Positions 1 to 11,679 of a DNA stretch of 64,000 nt are shown piece after piece (the first letter of the stretch is position 1; every line of letters starts with the position of its first letter). Source of the DNA: Mustelus asterias (Eukaryota). The stretch spans positions 124,001-188,000 of the forward strand of contig NW_027590205.1 of the NCBI RefSeq assembly GCF_964213995.1. The letters are read 5' to 3'. The notes under the pieces were generated by a model that was not told where the DNA came from, did no database searches, and saw nothing but the letters and a program-made list of their open reading frames with translations. Made by a program: the position numbers and the translations under genes.

Positions 1-598
1 ACAGGAGTTGGGACGTTTTGTTGAAGTTGTACAAGACATTGGTAAGGCCACATTTGGAATACTGTGTACAATTCTGGTCACCCGATTATAGAAAGTATAT
101 TATTAAACTAGAAAGAGTGCAGAAAAGATTTACTAGGATGCGACCGGGACTTGATGGTTTGAGGCTGGATAGACTGGGACTTTTTTATCTGGAGTGTAGA
201 AGATTGAGGTGTGATCTTTAGCGGTTAATAAAATAATGAGGGGTATAGATCAGCTCGATAGTCAGTTTCTTTCCCCAAAGGTAGGGACGTCTAAAACTAG
301 AGGGCATAGGTTTATGGTGAGAGGGGCGAGATACAAATGTGTCCAGAGCGGCAATTATTTCACGCAGAGGGTGGTGAATGTCTGGAACAAGCTGCCAGAG
401 GTAGTAGTAGAGGCGGGTACAATTTTGTCTTTTAGAAAGCATTTAGACAGTTATATTGGTAAGATGGGTACAGAGGAATATGGGCCAAATGCAGGCAATT
501 GGGATTAGCTTAGGGGTTTAAAAAAAGGCTTCATAGACAAGTTAGGCCGAAGGGCCTGTTTCCATGCTGTAAACCTCTATGAATCTCTGACTCTATGA
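1..598 (+). mobile_element. CR1-clade LINE 3' fragment (RT C-terminus and tail)
   Basis: ORF fragments LYKTLVRPHLEYCVQFWSP and FTQRVVNVWNKLP, frameshifted; ends in (ctctatga)-type tail repeats. Confidence 0.9.
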
Positions 599-604
599 TT
601 GTAT

Positions 605-663
605 CATCCCCACATCTGAAAGGCCGATCCTTGGTACTTGAACAAAACTCACTGTGGAACCTC
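605..663 (+). pseudogene. TCR J pseudogene (psiJ-a)
   Basis: Reads P-I-L-G-T-*-T-K-L-T-V-E-P (630-662), a decayed FGxGTKLTVEP. Has an in-frame TGA, GC instead of the GT donor, and the CR1 tail sits where the RSS should be. Confidence 0.6.
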
Positions 664-942
664 GCATGCATCCTCACAAAGTGCAATGGTCTCACCCAGC
701 ATTTACAGAAAATCTGAACCATATTTGCTGAGATTGTAAAGTGGATAGAAATATATGACATATGGAGCTAACAGGCAAGGAGTGGGAATTAAATGTAAAT
801 TGGTGGATGGGGCGAACATATTTATTTCAGGATATAACCTGCCCTGGCTATTGAAGTCAGCAGAATCTGAAATTGAACTCAAAACTCAAACTCAGGATAA
901 ATAAAATATAAATGAATCTTATATTTCTGCTCAGGTGTTTGT

Positions 943-1030
943 ACTTTTTGCCGCATTATGTACACATGTACTAGCACCAGAACTTTGAATCTTATCTTTG
1001 GCAGAGGAAACAAATTCACTGCGCAATCCA
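943..1030 (+). pseudogene. TCR J pseudogene (psiJ-b) with decayed 12-RSS
   Basis: STRTLNLIFGRGNKFTAQS with an FGxG motif; RSS-like actttttgc-12-acatgta (943-970); donor mutated to ATAAGT. Confidence 0.7.
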
Positions 1031-1546
1031 ATAAGTGGTTTTAAATTTTCAGTTTGGACCTGGTTAGAGTATGAGTAACTGAAGTTACCTCGTTTTTTTG
1101 TTGCGTAGGAAATGGGCATTGCTGGCTAGGCCAGCACTTACATAGCCTGTCCCTCAATGTGGAAGGCAGTGGTGAGCTGCCTTCTTGAACCTGCTGCACT
1201 CGTCCATGTGTTGTGTGTATCATTCCATTCCTGCCTACAAAACATTTCCATTCTGTACAGAGATTGTGGGGAGTGTGGTGGCCAATGGCTACTTGAAGTT
1301 AGCAAGTGCATTAAGTTTCTGACCATTCTTTCCCTCAAAGTTCCTTTTTGCACGATGCAAGTAAATAATTTATTGACCTATTACGTTCAAATGGGTGGGA
1401 AGTGAGGGGGGAGACATTTATATTTTTCGCTGGATATAACCTGCCCTGGCTATTGAAGTCAGCAAAATCTGAAATTGAATTCAAACTCAAACTTAGGAGA
1501 CATATAATATAAATAAATCATTCTTCTGCTCATGTGGTTGGGTTTA

Positions 1547-1634
1547 GTTTTTTGTCCCATTGTGTACAGATGTGCTGGCACCAGAACTTTGTAACTTGTC
1601 TTTGGCAGAGGCAACAAATTCACTTTGCGACCCA
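1547..1634 (+). pseudogene. TCR J pseudogene (psiJ-c) with decayed 12-RSS
   Basis: gttttttgt-12-agatgtg (1547-1574), then TRTL*LVFGRGNKFTLRP; in-frame TAA, donor lost; tandem paralogue of psiJ-b. Confidence 0.7.
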
Positions 1635-1808
1635 ATAAGACATTTGAAAACGTCAGTTTGGATCTGGTTGGAACATAAGTAATTGACCTTTCCTTAAAGG
1701 TTCTCAAGGGCTCACCCTCATGTGAACTTTGTATATTCCCCTGCCTCCGAATTAATGAGTATGCTTCATCATTACTAAAGGACATCTGCAAACTTCACTC
1801 CAATGGAA

Positions 1809-1886
1809 GGTCTATGTCTGTGCCCTTTATACTATACATTATGACTATACTGTGAAGCTGCGGCACCCAGTTGACAGTTGTGCCAA
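1809..1886 (+). pseudogene. TCR J pseudogene (psiJ-d)
   Basis: SCGTQLTVVP followed by an intact GTGAGT donor; clearly similar to the J at 7609 including the upstream ggtctatgt nonamer-like sequence; FG motif lost. Confidence 0.65.
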
Positions 1887-2037
1887 GTGAGTACGATTGG
1901 AAGTTACTCTCATTCTGTTTCATGTCGATTATTTTTTCGCTATATTGTGTCTGACAAATAGCAACCAGGGCAACGATACAAAGTATTACATGAAATACAA
2001 GTGAAGGCATTCTGTCCGTAAAATGAACTTCAGAAAG

Positions 2038-4990
2038 ATAGAACATGGAACATTACATCGCAGTACAGGCCCTTCGGCCTTCGATGTTGCGCCGACCAGT
2101 GAAACCAATCTAAAGCCCATCTATCCTCCACTATTCCAAAATCATCCATATGTTTATCCAATGACCATTTAAATGCCCTTAATGTTGGCGAGTCCACTAC
2201 TGCTGCAGGCAGGGCATTCCATGCCCTCACTAATCTCTGAGTGAAGAACCTACCTCTGACATCTGTCCTAAATCTATCACCCCTCAATTTAAAGCTATGT
2301 GCCCTCGTGCTAGCTATCACCATCCGAGGAAAAAGGCTCTCACTATCCACCCTATCTAATCCTCTGATCATTTTGTATGCCTCTATTAAGTCACCTCTTA
2401 ACCTTCTTCTCTCTAACGAATACAACCTCAAGTCCCTCAGCCTTTCCTCATAAGACCTTCCCACCATACCAGGCAACATCCTAGTAAATCTCCTCTGCAC
2501 CCTTTCCAATGCTTCCACATCCCTCCTACAATGCGGCGACCAGAACTGTACGCAATACTCCAAGTGCGGACGCACCAGAGTTTTGTACAGCTGCAACATG
2601 ACCTCCTGGCTACGAAACTCAATCCCTCTACCAATAAAAGCGAACACTCTGTACACCTCCTTAACAACCCTATCAACCTGGGTGCCAACTTTCAGGGATC
2701 TATGCACATGCACACCGAGATTTCTCTGCTCATCCACACTACCAAGTATGTACCATTAGCCCAGTACTCTGTAATCCTGTTACTCCTTCCAAAGTGAATC
2801 ACCTCACACTTTTCCGCATTGACCTCCATTTGCCACCTCTCAGCCCAGCACTGCAGCTTATCTATGTCCCTCTGTAACCTGCAACAACCTTCTGCACTGT
2901 CCACAACTCCACTGACTTTAGTGTCATCCGCAAATTTACTAACCCATCCTTCTTCGCCCTCATCCAGGTCATTTATAAAAATGACAAACAGCAGTGGCCC
3001 CAAAACAGATCCTTGCGGTACACCACTAGTAACTGAACTCCAGGATAAACATTTCCCATCAACGACCACCCTCTGTCTTCTTACAACTCGCCAATTCCTG
3101 ATCCAAACTGCTAAATCACCCTCAATCCCATGCCTCCGTATCTTCTGCAATAGCTTACCGTGGGGAAACTTATCAAACGCTTTACTGAAATCCATATACA
3201 CCACATCAATTGCTTAACCCTCATCCACCTCTTTGGTCACCTTCTCAAAGAACTCAGCAAGGTTTGTGAGGCACGACCTACCCTTCATAAAACCGTGTTG
3301 ACTATCCCTAATCAAATTATTCCTTTCTAGATTATTATAAATCCTATCTCTTATAATCCTTTCCAAAACTTTGCCCACAACAGAAGTAAGGCTCACTGGT
3401 CTATAATTACCAGGGTTGCCTCTACTCCCCTTCTTGTTGTGGTGTATATGGATTTCAGCAAAGCGTTTGATAAGGTTCCCCGTAGTAAGCTTTTGCAGAA
3501 AATACGGACACATGGGATTGAGGGTGATTGAGTGGTTTGGATCAGGAATTGGCTAGCTGTAAGAAAACAGAGGGTGGTGGTTGATGGGAAATATTCATCC
3601 TGGAGTTCAGTTACTAGTGGTGTACCGCAAGGATCTGTTTTGGGGCCACTGCTGTTTGTCATTTTTATTAATGACTTGGATGAGGGCGTGGAAGGATGGA
3701 TTAGTAAATTTGCGGATGACACTAAAGTCGGTGGAGTTGTAGACAGTGTGGAGGGAAGTGACAGGTGACAGAGGGATATAGATAAGCTGCAGAGCTGGGC
3801 TGAGAGGTGGCAAATGGAGTTTAATGCGGAAAGGTGTGAGGTGATTCACTTTGGAAGGAGTAACTGGAATACAGAGTACTGGGCTAATGGTAAGATACTT
3901 GGTAGTGTGGATGAACAGAGGGATCTGGGTGTCCATGTGCATAGATCCCTGAAAGTTGGCACCCAGGTTGATAGGGTTGTTAAGAAGGCGTATGGTGTGT
4001 TAGCTTTTATTGGTAGAGGGATTGAGTTTCTGAGCCAGGAGCTCATGCTGCAACTGTACAAAACTCTGGTGCGGCCGCATTTGGAGTATTGCGTACAGTT
4101 CTGGTCGCCATATTATAGGAAAGATGTGGAAGTGTTGGAAAGGGTGCAGAGGAGATTTACCAGGATGTTGCCTGGTATGGTGGGAAAATCGTATGAGGAA
4201 AGGCTGAGGGGCTTGAGGTTGTTTTCGTTAGCGAGAAGAAGGTTAAGAGGTGACTTAATAGAGGCATGCAAGATGATCAGAGGATTAGATAGGGTGGATA
4301 GTGAGAGCCTTTTTCTTCGGATGGTGTTGGCTAGCACGAGGGGACATAGCTTTAAATTGAGGGGTGAGAGATATAGGACAGATGTTAGAGGTAGGTTCTT
4401 TACTCAGAGAGTAGTAAGGGCGTGGAATGCCCTGCCTGCAGCAGTGGTGGACTCGTCAACGTTGAGAGCGTTCAAGTGGTTAGTGGATAAACATATGGAT
4501 GATATTGGAATAGTGTAGATTAGAGGGGCTTTAGATTGGTACCACTGGTCGGCGCAACATCGAGGGCCGAAGGGCCTGTACTGCACTGTAATGTTCTATG
4601 TTCTATATTCTTGAACAAGGGGACAACATTTGCTATCCTCCAGTCTTCTGGCACTATTCCTGTAGTCAATGACGACATAAAGGTCAAAGCCAAAGGCTCT
4701 GCAATCTCCTCCCTAGCCTCCCAGAGAATCCTGGGATAAATCCTATCCGGCCCCGGGGACTTATCTATTTTCACACTGCCCAGAATTGCTAACGCCTCCT
4801 CCTTATTAACCTCAATCCCGTCTAGTCCAATAGCCTGTATCTCAGTATTCTCCTCGACAACATTGTCTTTTTCCTGCGTGAATACTGACGAAAAATATTC
4901 ATTTAGCGCCTCTCCTATCTCTTCAGACTCCACGCACAACTTCCCATTACTGTCCTTGACTGGCCCTAATCTTACCCTTGTCATTCCCTA
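2038..4990 (-). mobile_element. CR1 LINE (5'-truncated ORF2/RT), interrupted by a nested CR1
   Basis: Minus-strand ORFs 4520-4984, 3214-3513, 2692-3204 and 2030-2737 carry [29 protein letters not shown] and LEYCVQFW; tail at about 2040. Confidence 0.93.
3437..4607 (+). mobile_element. CR1 LINE nested in opposite orientation, with 6-bp TSD
   Basis: RT ORFs 3532-3768 and 3814-4518; (atgttct)n tail; TTCTTG duplicated at 3431-3436 and 4608-4613. Confidence 0.92.
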
Positions 4991-5359
4991 GTCATTACCC
5001 TCGATAGATGGATAGCGAGCTCAGATCTCAATGCTTAGTTAGACATGCCGCAGGTGGCAGACCAATCTCTGGGCCTCAGCAATGTGACAGACATGGATGT
5101 GCGACTCACTGGGTGACCTTGCATCCTGGTGAAGTTATGTAACTGGAGGGAAGCGATGTCCTGCTCGTATTACCGCAAAATTATTAACTCAGAAACTCAG
5201 CGAATATGTGAGGGACCTGGGTTCGAATCCCGTCATGGCAGATAGTGGAATTTGAATTCAATAATCTGGAATTAAGAATCTACTGGTGACCAGGAAAACC
5301 ATTGTCGATTGTCGGAAAAACCCATCTCGATCATTAATTTCCTCTCGGGAAGGAAACAT

Positions 5360-6500
5360 AGGAACATTGAAAATGGGAGCAGGAAGGGGCGTTTGGCCTT
5401 TCAAGCATGATCTGCCATTTATTATGATCATGGTTGATCATCCACTCAATAGCCTAATCCTGCTTTCTCCCCATTAACCTTTGATCCCATTCGCTTCAAG
5501 TGCTATATCCAGCCGCTTCTTGAATACATTCAATCTTTTGGCAACAACTACTTCCTGTGGTAATAAATTTCACAGGCTCACCACTCTTTGGGTTAAGAAA
5601 TGTCTCCTCACCTCCGTCCTAAATGGTCTACCCGGAATCCTCAGACCCCTGGTTCTGGACTCCCGCACCATCGGGAATATCCTCTCTTCATCTACTATGC
5701 CTTGTCCTGTTCGAATTTTATAAGTCTCTATGAGATCCATTGTCATCCCTTTAAGTAAGTCTCCCTAATCTATGAAGGCCAAATCACGCCTCATATCTTC
5801 ATAGTCTCCTTGATTAAGATTCAGCACAGTAGTCTCCGAGTCAACTACTTCACTCTCCACCTTGATAAAAAATTCTCTCATGTTTTGTTCACTCATCCCC
5901 AAGGGGTCTTGCACAGCTAGATTGGCAATTATTACCTTCTCACGACACAGTACCCAGTCTAAGGTGACCTGCTCCCTCGTTGGTTCCTTCACATATTGGT
6001 CAAGGAAACTATCCCGTATCCGGTCCAGGAAATCCTTCTCTACAGCATTGTGGCTAATTTGATTTACTCAATCAACGTGCGGATTAAAATCACCCTTGAT
6101 CACATGTATCTCTAATTTCGTGTTCAATGCCATTTCCAACATCACCACTGCAGTTTCGCGGTCTGTATATGACACCCACTGATGTTTTCTGCCCCTTGGT
6201 ATCTCTCAACTCTACCCATATAGACTCCACATTATCAGAGCTAATATAGTTTCTCACCAGTTAATTTCCTCTTTAACCAGCAGTGCCGCTCCACCACTTT
6301 TTCCTTTATGCCTGTCCATCCTAAATACTGAATACCCTGGAACAGTCAGTTCCCATTCTTGGGAACCCTGCAGCCATGTCTCCGTAATTCCAATTATAGC
6401 ATGCCCATTTATATCTATCTGCAAGATTAGTTCATCCACTCTATTGCAAATGCTCTGCGCATTAAGGCACAGAGCCTTTCAGCTTATCTTTTTAACATTA
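5360..6500 (-). mobile_element. Old CR1 fragments (APE endonuclease region and 3' end)
   Basis: ORF remnants IIGITETWL, VFRMDR..GG.ALLVKE and EPTREQVTLDWVL. Confidence 0.75.
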
Positions 6501-7580
6501 ATTGTCTCGTTTTTGAATTTTGGCCTTGGTTTCTCTGTATATCATTTTTCGTATTCCCTTTTCCACCTCTTGATTTTATCCTTGTTCCCTCCTTCTCTGA
6601 CTCCTTACATAATTTCCCAACCACCTGGCATATTAGTTTCATTGGGTGACCTTGCAGTATTGTGAGGTGGTGAAACTGGGGGTAGACGATAGCCTAGTGG
6701 CGTTATCGCTAGATTATTAATCCAGGAAATCAACTAGTGTTCTGGGGACCCTGTATTCAAATCCCGCCACGGCAGATGGTGGAATTTGAATTCAATAATC
6801 TGGAATTAAGAATCTACTGTTGACGATGAAAACCGCTATTGGAAAAACCCATCTCGTTGAGTAATGTCCTTTAGAGAAAGAAATCTGCCATTCTTATTAG
6901 ATCTGGCCAACATGTGCAATTTGGTTGACACTCAAGGGCAATTGGGAATGGATAATAAACTCTGGCCAGCCAACGGTGCCCATGTCCCACGAATGGATAA
7001 AATATATCTCTCTTTTGGAAAATGAGCTCGAGTAACTGTTGATTCAAGTAAACATAAACGCATCTTTCAGACTCAACATGTCTGTTTACCTCTTCGAAAT
7101 ATAACAGGATTATGACAATGCGAACAGATAATGGTGGGAAAAATCACAGCAGGTCAGGCAGCATCTGTAAGGAGAGAAAGCTTAGCTGACAAATTAAATC
7201 TGTTGAATTGTATTTCTTTTCTGCCAGGTGTTGAGGCGTCACTGGCAGGGCCATGTTGCAAATTTCTGTTAAGCCATTTCAGAGATTGGCAGAGCAGGCG
7301 CAAAGGGCTGAATAGCCTTCCCTTGTTCCTATGTTAACTCGCAAAGTTTCAGAGTCAAAATATATTTGTTGTTATATTTGACCAGTGGCTACCTTGGCTC
7401 AGAAATTCTTCACTTTGATAGAATCTGAGAGCATCCAAGGAGGCTCTTCGGCCCATTTAGCCTGTGATGGTGGGGAAGGGGCAGATATGCAATGTCTGTT
7501 ACCTGCAGCGAATCAGTGACTGTTCCAGCTTTTTCTTTGCCGTGAATTGTCTGAAATCTGAAACAGCTATCTCAATAGAA

Positions 7581-7608
7581 GGTTTCTGTCTGAGCAATTG
7601 TTACTGTG
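7581..7608 (+). other. 12-bp-spacer recombination signal sequence of J-delta-1
   Basis: ggtttctgt + 12 nt (ctgagcaattgt) + tactgtg, directly 5' of the J coding sequence. Confidence 0.9.
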
Positions 7609-7658
7609 CTACGCAAAGCTAACGTTCGGCAGCGGCACCCAGGTGACAGTTGTACCAA
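7609..7658 (+). CDS. TRDJ: TCR delta J segment 1 (apparently functional)
   Basis: YAKLTFGSGTQVTVVP, open frame, FGxG motif, phase-1 GTGAGT donor at 7659, 12-RSS upstream. Confidence 0.92.
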
Positions 7659-8418
7659 GTGAGTGTGAAGTCAGTGTGTTTCTATTCTTTCACTCCACAT
7701 CTCCTCTGTGATCTAGTTTTCTGTTGTTAGTAGGCTAGTCAAGTTGGACAGAGTGCCAATATAATATGTGGCATGCAGGCGAAGAGATTGCACAGTTTTG
7801 AGTCAGTTTTGATCCAGCTCAGCTTACCCAGTCATTAGAGGTACATGGGACAGGAGTTGGGACTGCACGCCTCAGTAATATGGTATTGAACTGAGAAGCA
7901 GATTTGTGTACTGTTAGTGGGATAGGAAGATTCCATCCAGAGAGTTGATCGAAAAGAAAGAGGGGAGACGAATAAGTACCATTGTTCTGTTTAAACCTTT
8001 GTAATTGTGAATGACACAGGCTTTTCATTTTCTTGTTGAAAAATAAATTCTCCTCATATCAGTCCCATATTCTTTGACTATGAACCCCGGTTCTGGACCC
8101 TGCTGCCATCCTGCATTTACCGTGTCTAATCCTGCATTATGGGCTTTAATGAGATCTCCTGCTCCTGCCTCCCTTCTTCTGAACCCCAGACAATAAAATC
8201 CTAGCCGACTCAATCTCCCCTCATATGTCAGTCCTGCCACTCCATTATCTGTCCGGTGAACCTTTGGTGCACTCCCTCTTTAGCCAGAACATCCTTTCTT
8301 GGATATTGTTTTGCATTTTTTTCTGGACGAAATAATGAACCAGCTGTGGAAGCAAATCGAATCTCAAAAACCTTAGCATGAAAAGCAATCCTTACATTGC
8401 TATTCATGTGGGTTATGT

Positions 8419-8446
8419 CGATTTTGTACCATCTGGAATCACTGTG
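8419..8446 (+). other. 12-bp-spacer RSS of J-delta-2
   Basis: cgattttgt + 12 nt (accatctggaat) + consensus cactgtg. Confidence 0.88.
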
Positions 8447-8506
8447 CAAACTATGCAACCAGAAAGCTTATCTTTGGCAGTGGAACCAAACTGACTGTAG
8501 AACCCA
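8447..8506 (+). CDS. TRDJ: TCR delta J segment 2 (apparently functional)
   Basis: NYATRKLIFGSGTKLTVEP, open frame, phase-1 GTAAGT donor at 8507. Confidence 0.94.
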
Positions 8507-9169
8507 GTAAGTGAAACTATTCTCTGCATTTTGTGTCTGGTTATAGTTTACGAAAGTAATGTCCGATTCTCATACACCTGTAAAGAATCTTTATCCTGTA
8601 ATTGCTGCTGTTGAGTTGATTAGGAGGAGCAGGAGGCGAGAGGGTGGAGTGAAAAATTAAAACGTCCTCTGACAACTCTGTGTTAGAATTTACAAACAGC
8701 AAATTATTAGACTCCTGCAACGATGGAGGAGACCATTAAGCCCATCGCTCTTGCTTTGGGGACAGTAGAATCATCGTCATTGAATTTTACAGAACAGGAA
8801 GAGGTCCTGCGGCCCATTGTGCCTGCTCCAGCCATTATAACCATATCTATTCCAATCGCATTTTTCAGCACTTGGTTGTAGCCTTGAATGCTACGGCATA
8901 AATGATCTTTGGACTTGCATGCCAAGGTCCCTCTGGTCCTCTGCACTTTCTCGCGTCCTGCAGTTCATGGCGTATTCCCGTGCCTTCTTACCCCTCGCAA
9001 AATGCATCACCTCACACTTTTCAGGTTTAAATTCCGTTTGGCACTGCTCTACCTGTCTGACCAGCTCGCCCATATCGTCCTGTAATCTTTGCAAGTCAGT
9101 GACACTTAACCTCACACGAAAAACATGTGTGCATCCTTGGCTTGACTTTGTGTGAAATTTGTATACAGC

Positions 9170-9445
9170 GCTCCCGAAATAATGCAAATTAAATGTCTTT
9201 CTTCTGTCCTCTGTGAGGTAAATATGACTCAGCTGCTGCAACGCGAAGTTTCTGTCTTGGAAATTCTTCCTGCATATTTATTAATCACAGTGAGACACCC
9301 ACATTCAGCAGTGAAATATGTGACCAGTAAGGATAAGCTTACTTAATGTCATTATCTGCTGTGTGATAGACAGGGAGCCAGCATCATGTGGGAAGGTAAT
9401 TGAGGACATTGCACTGATATAATGAATTTGCGCAGCTGAATATCC
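9170..9445. promoter_or_regulatory. Candidate J-C intronic enhancer (E-delta-like)
   Basis: Non-repeat island containing octamer 9182-9189, AP-1 9225-9231, CAGCTG E-boxes at 9230 and 9433, Ets 9266-9272, and three GATA sites at 9331, 9352 and 9364. Confidence 0.4.
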
Positions 9446-11679
9446 ACCTCAGCTCGTCCTAAATTGCAGTGTCCAGTCTTTTTTTAGCTCCAGTCCTTAG
9501 TAATGTCATATTGAACTAAAAATATCATAATTTTACTTTTACTTCTTGGATGTGGGCATTAAATCAAATCAAATCCGAATTGCCCTCTGGGCAATTTCAG
9601 GTTCCATGACATCGCTTCTTGGATCCAAACCACTGGACGACATATTTCCTTCTCCAAAGGACATTGTTGATCTAAATGGGCATTTACAACCTATGGCAGG
9701 AGTCCTGTTTTCATTCGCAAACTTGGCAATAATAAATTCACTTCCCTCGTCCAAGTCATTATGTATATTGTAAATAATTGTGGCCCGAGCATTGATCGCT
9801 GAGGCACTCCACTTGTAACAGATTGTCATCCTGAAAATGCTCCTCTTATCCCAACTCTCTGTATCCTATCGATTGGCCAATCCTCTGTCCATGCGAATAT
9901 ATTACCCCAAAAAGCATGAACTCTGAATTAGCCCTTTGTCCGAGATCTTATTCAAAGCTTTTTCCTGCAAAGATAAAATGCCAACCATTGAACGGCAATG
10001 CTTTTTTACGGCAATCGTCGATAGTTCCCGTAGTTTTTACTAGAGGCTACACTTAGATCAATTTATTTGAAATTACTCCGAGTGCTGGGGTGGGAATTGA
10101 ACCCATTTCTTCAGAGAAATTAGCCCGGGGCTCTGCGCTGCTAATCCAATGACATTGCCATTTCACTTCAACCATCCCACAATGTTGCATGAAGAATGTT
10201 TAGTGATAGTTTTAATCAAAAGTTTGTTACAGAGTCAGATATCACTGTGATTAATTTCGTCTTGTGAGCTTTATGAAAGAATTAATATTCAGCGCTATCA
10301 CCCATGGACTTCATGGACATATATAATATAGAGAAAGATAGAAAATAGGAGCACGAGTAGGCCATTCGACACTTAGACCCTGCTCTGCCATTCGACACGA
10401 CCGTGGCTGACCCTGTAACTCAATACCATACTAGCCCTCTCCTCATAATTCTTGACACCTTGAGAGTATAGAAATATATATCCTTTTAAAATATATTCAC
10501 TGATTTCGCATCCACAAACTTCTGTGGTAGAGAATTACAGTTTTACCAGCCTCTGAGTCAAGACAAAATGTCCTCATCTCAGAATTAAATGTCCAACCCT
10601 GAACACTGAAACTTTGCTCCCTTTTTCTGGACCCCACCCCGCCAAAGGAAACAACATCCCTGCATCCAGTCTGCTCATCCCTGCTAAAATTCTGTATATT
10701 TCAAGGACATCGCCTCTCATGTTCTAAACTCCAAGTGAATACAGATGCAGTCGCCTCTCCTGAAACGACAATCCTGCCATCCTAATAATCAGTCTGGTGT
10801 ACTTTTTCTGCACTCTTTCTATTGCAAGTGTATTTTTTCTTCGAAAGGAGACCAAAACTGCACACAATATTAGATTTCATCAAAAAAGGATTGGATTTAG
10901 GAAATGTCTTAATGGAGGAAAGTGAGGTATTAAGTTGAAAAATGTTTCCTGATTTCGCTCCTGAAAGTCTTAAACATTAAACATCGTCTAAAATCCAATT
11001 TGCTTGAATCTTGAACTCCCCAACCAGCAGCAAATGTTCCTGTTTATCAACCCTCTCCGTTTGGGAATGATTAAGTCACTCCTTAACTAAATTCCAGCGT
11101 TTTAGAGTTAAACATCATCTACACTGTTAATCGGGTACTCTGAACATACATACAGCTTACAGAGTAAAATTTCTTCTCCTCCTGCTCTGTTCAAGGAATT
11201 CTTAAATGCTGATTTTTAATTTTATGAAAACCAGAACAAAAATGTTGCCGGTTCTGATTGCGGACTCTTCTTTATTTCAATCCTGATCTCAGATCTTTAC
11301 ATTCAAACATGAATATTAAGCTCTGAATATATTTTTCGGTCTCTCAGTGTTTATGCATTCTGTCTTCTATACCTGTCTGAAGAATTTGAATAAAGACATT
11401 CGTTGATCAATGCTTAGTCTTAGCATATGGACAATTATAAACAACATGGTTCATTGATTTTTAATTCTAAGGTGCGTTAACTTACATTTCCCTGCACTGA
11501 AAACATCCATTAGTTTTATCCATTCACAAAATATTAATATTTCTTTGCAATTTGATGTTTCCAGCTACGCTGCTTACAATGCTGTTTATTGTGTCATTTG
11601 CATATTCAGCATTCTATCACATTTTATCACATTGTCTTAATAAACACGACTACACTGCATATCATTCTGTATAGATATA

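Noticed and set aside
9286-9325. CACAGTG as the RSS of a D segment
   Set aside because: No nonamer at 12- or 23-bp spacing and no opposing upstream RSS. I found no convincing D segment anywhere in the window.
10220-10300. CACTGTG with a T-rich upstream sequence as a third J
   Set aside because: Nonamer is poor and mis-spaced; no FGxG motif or splice donor follows.
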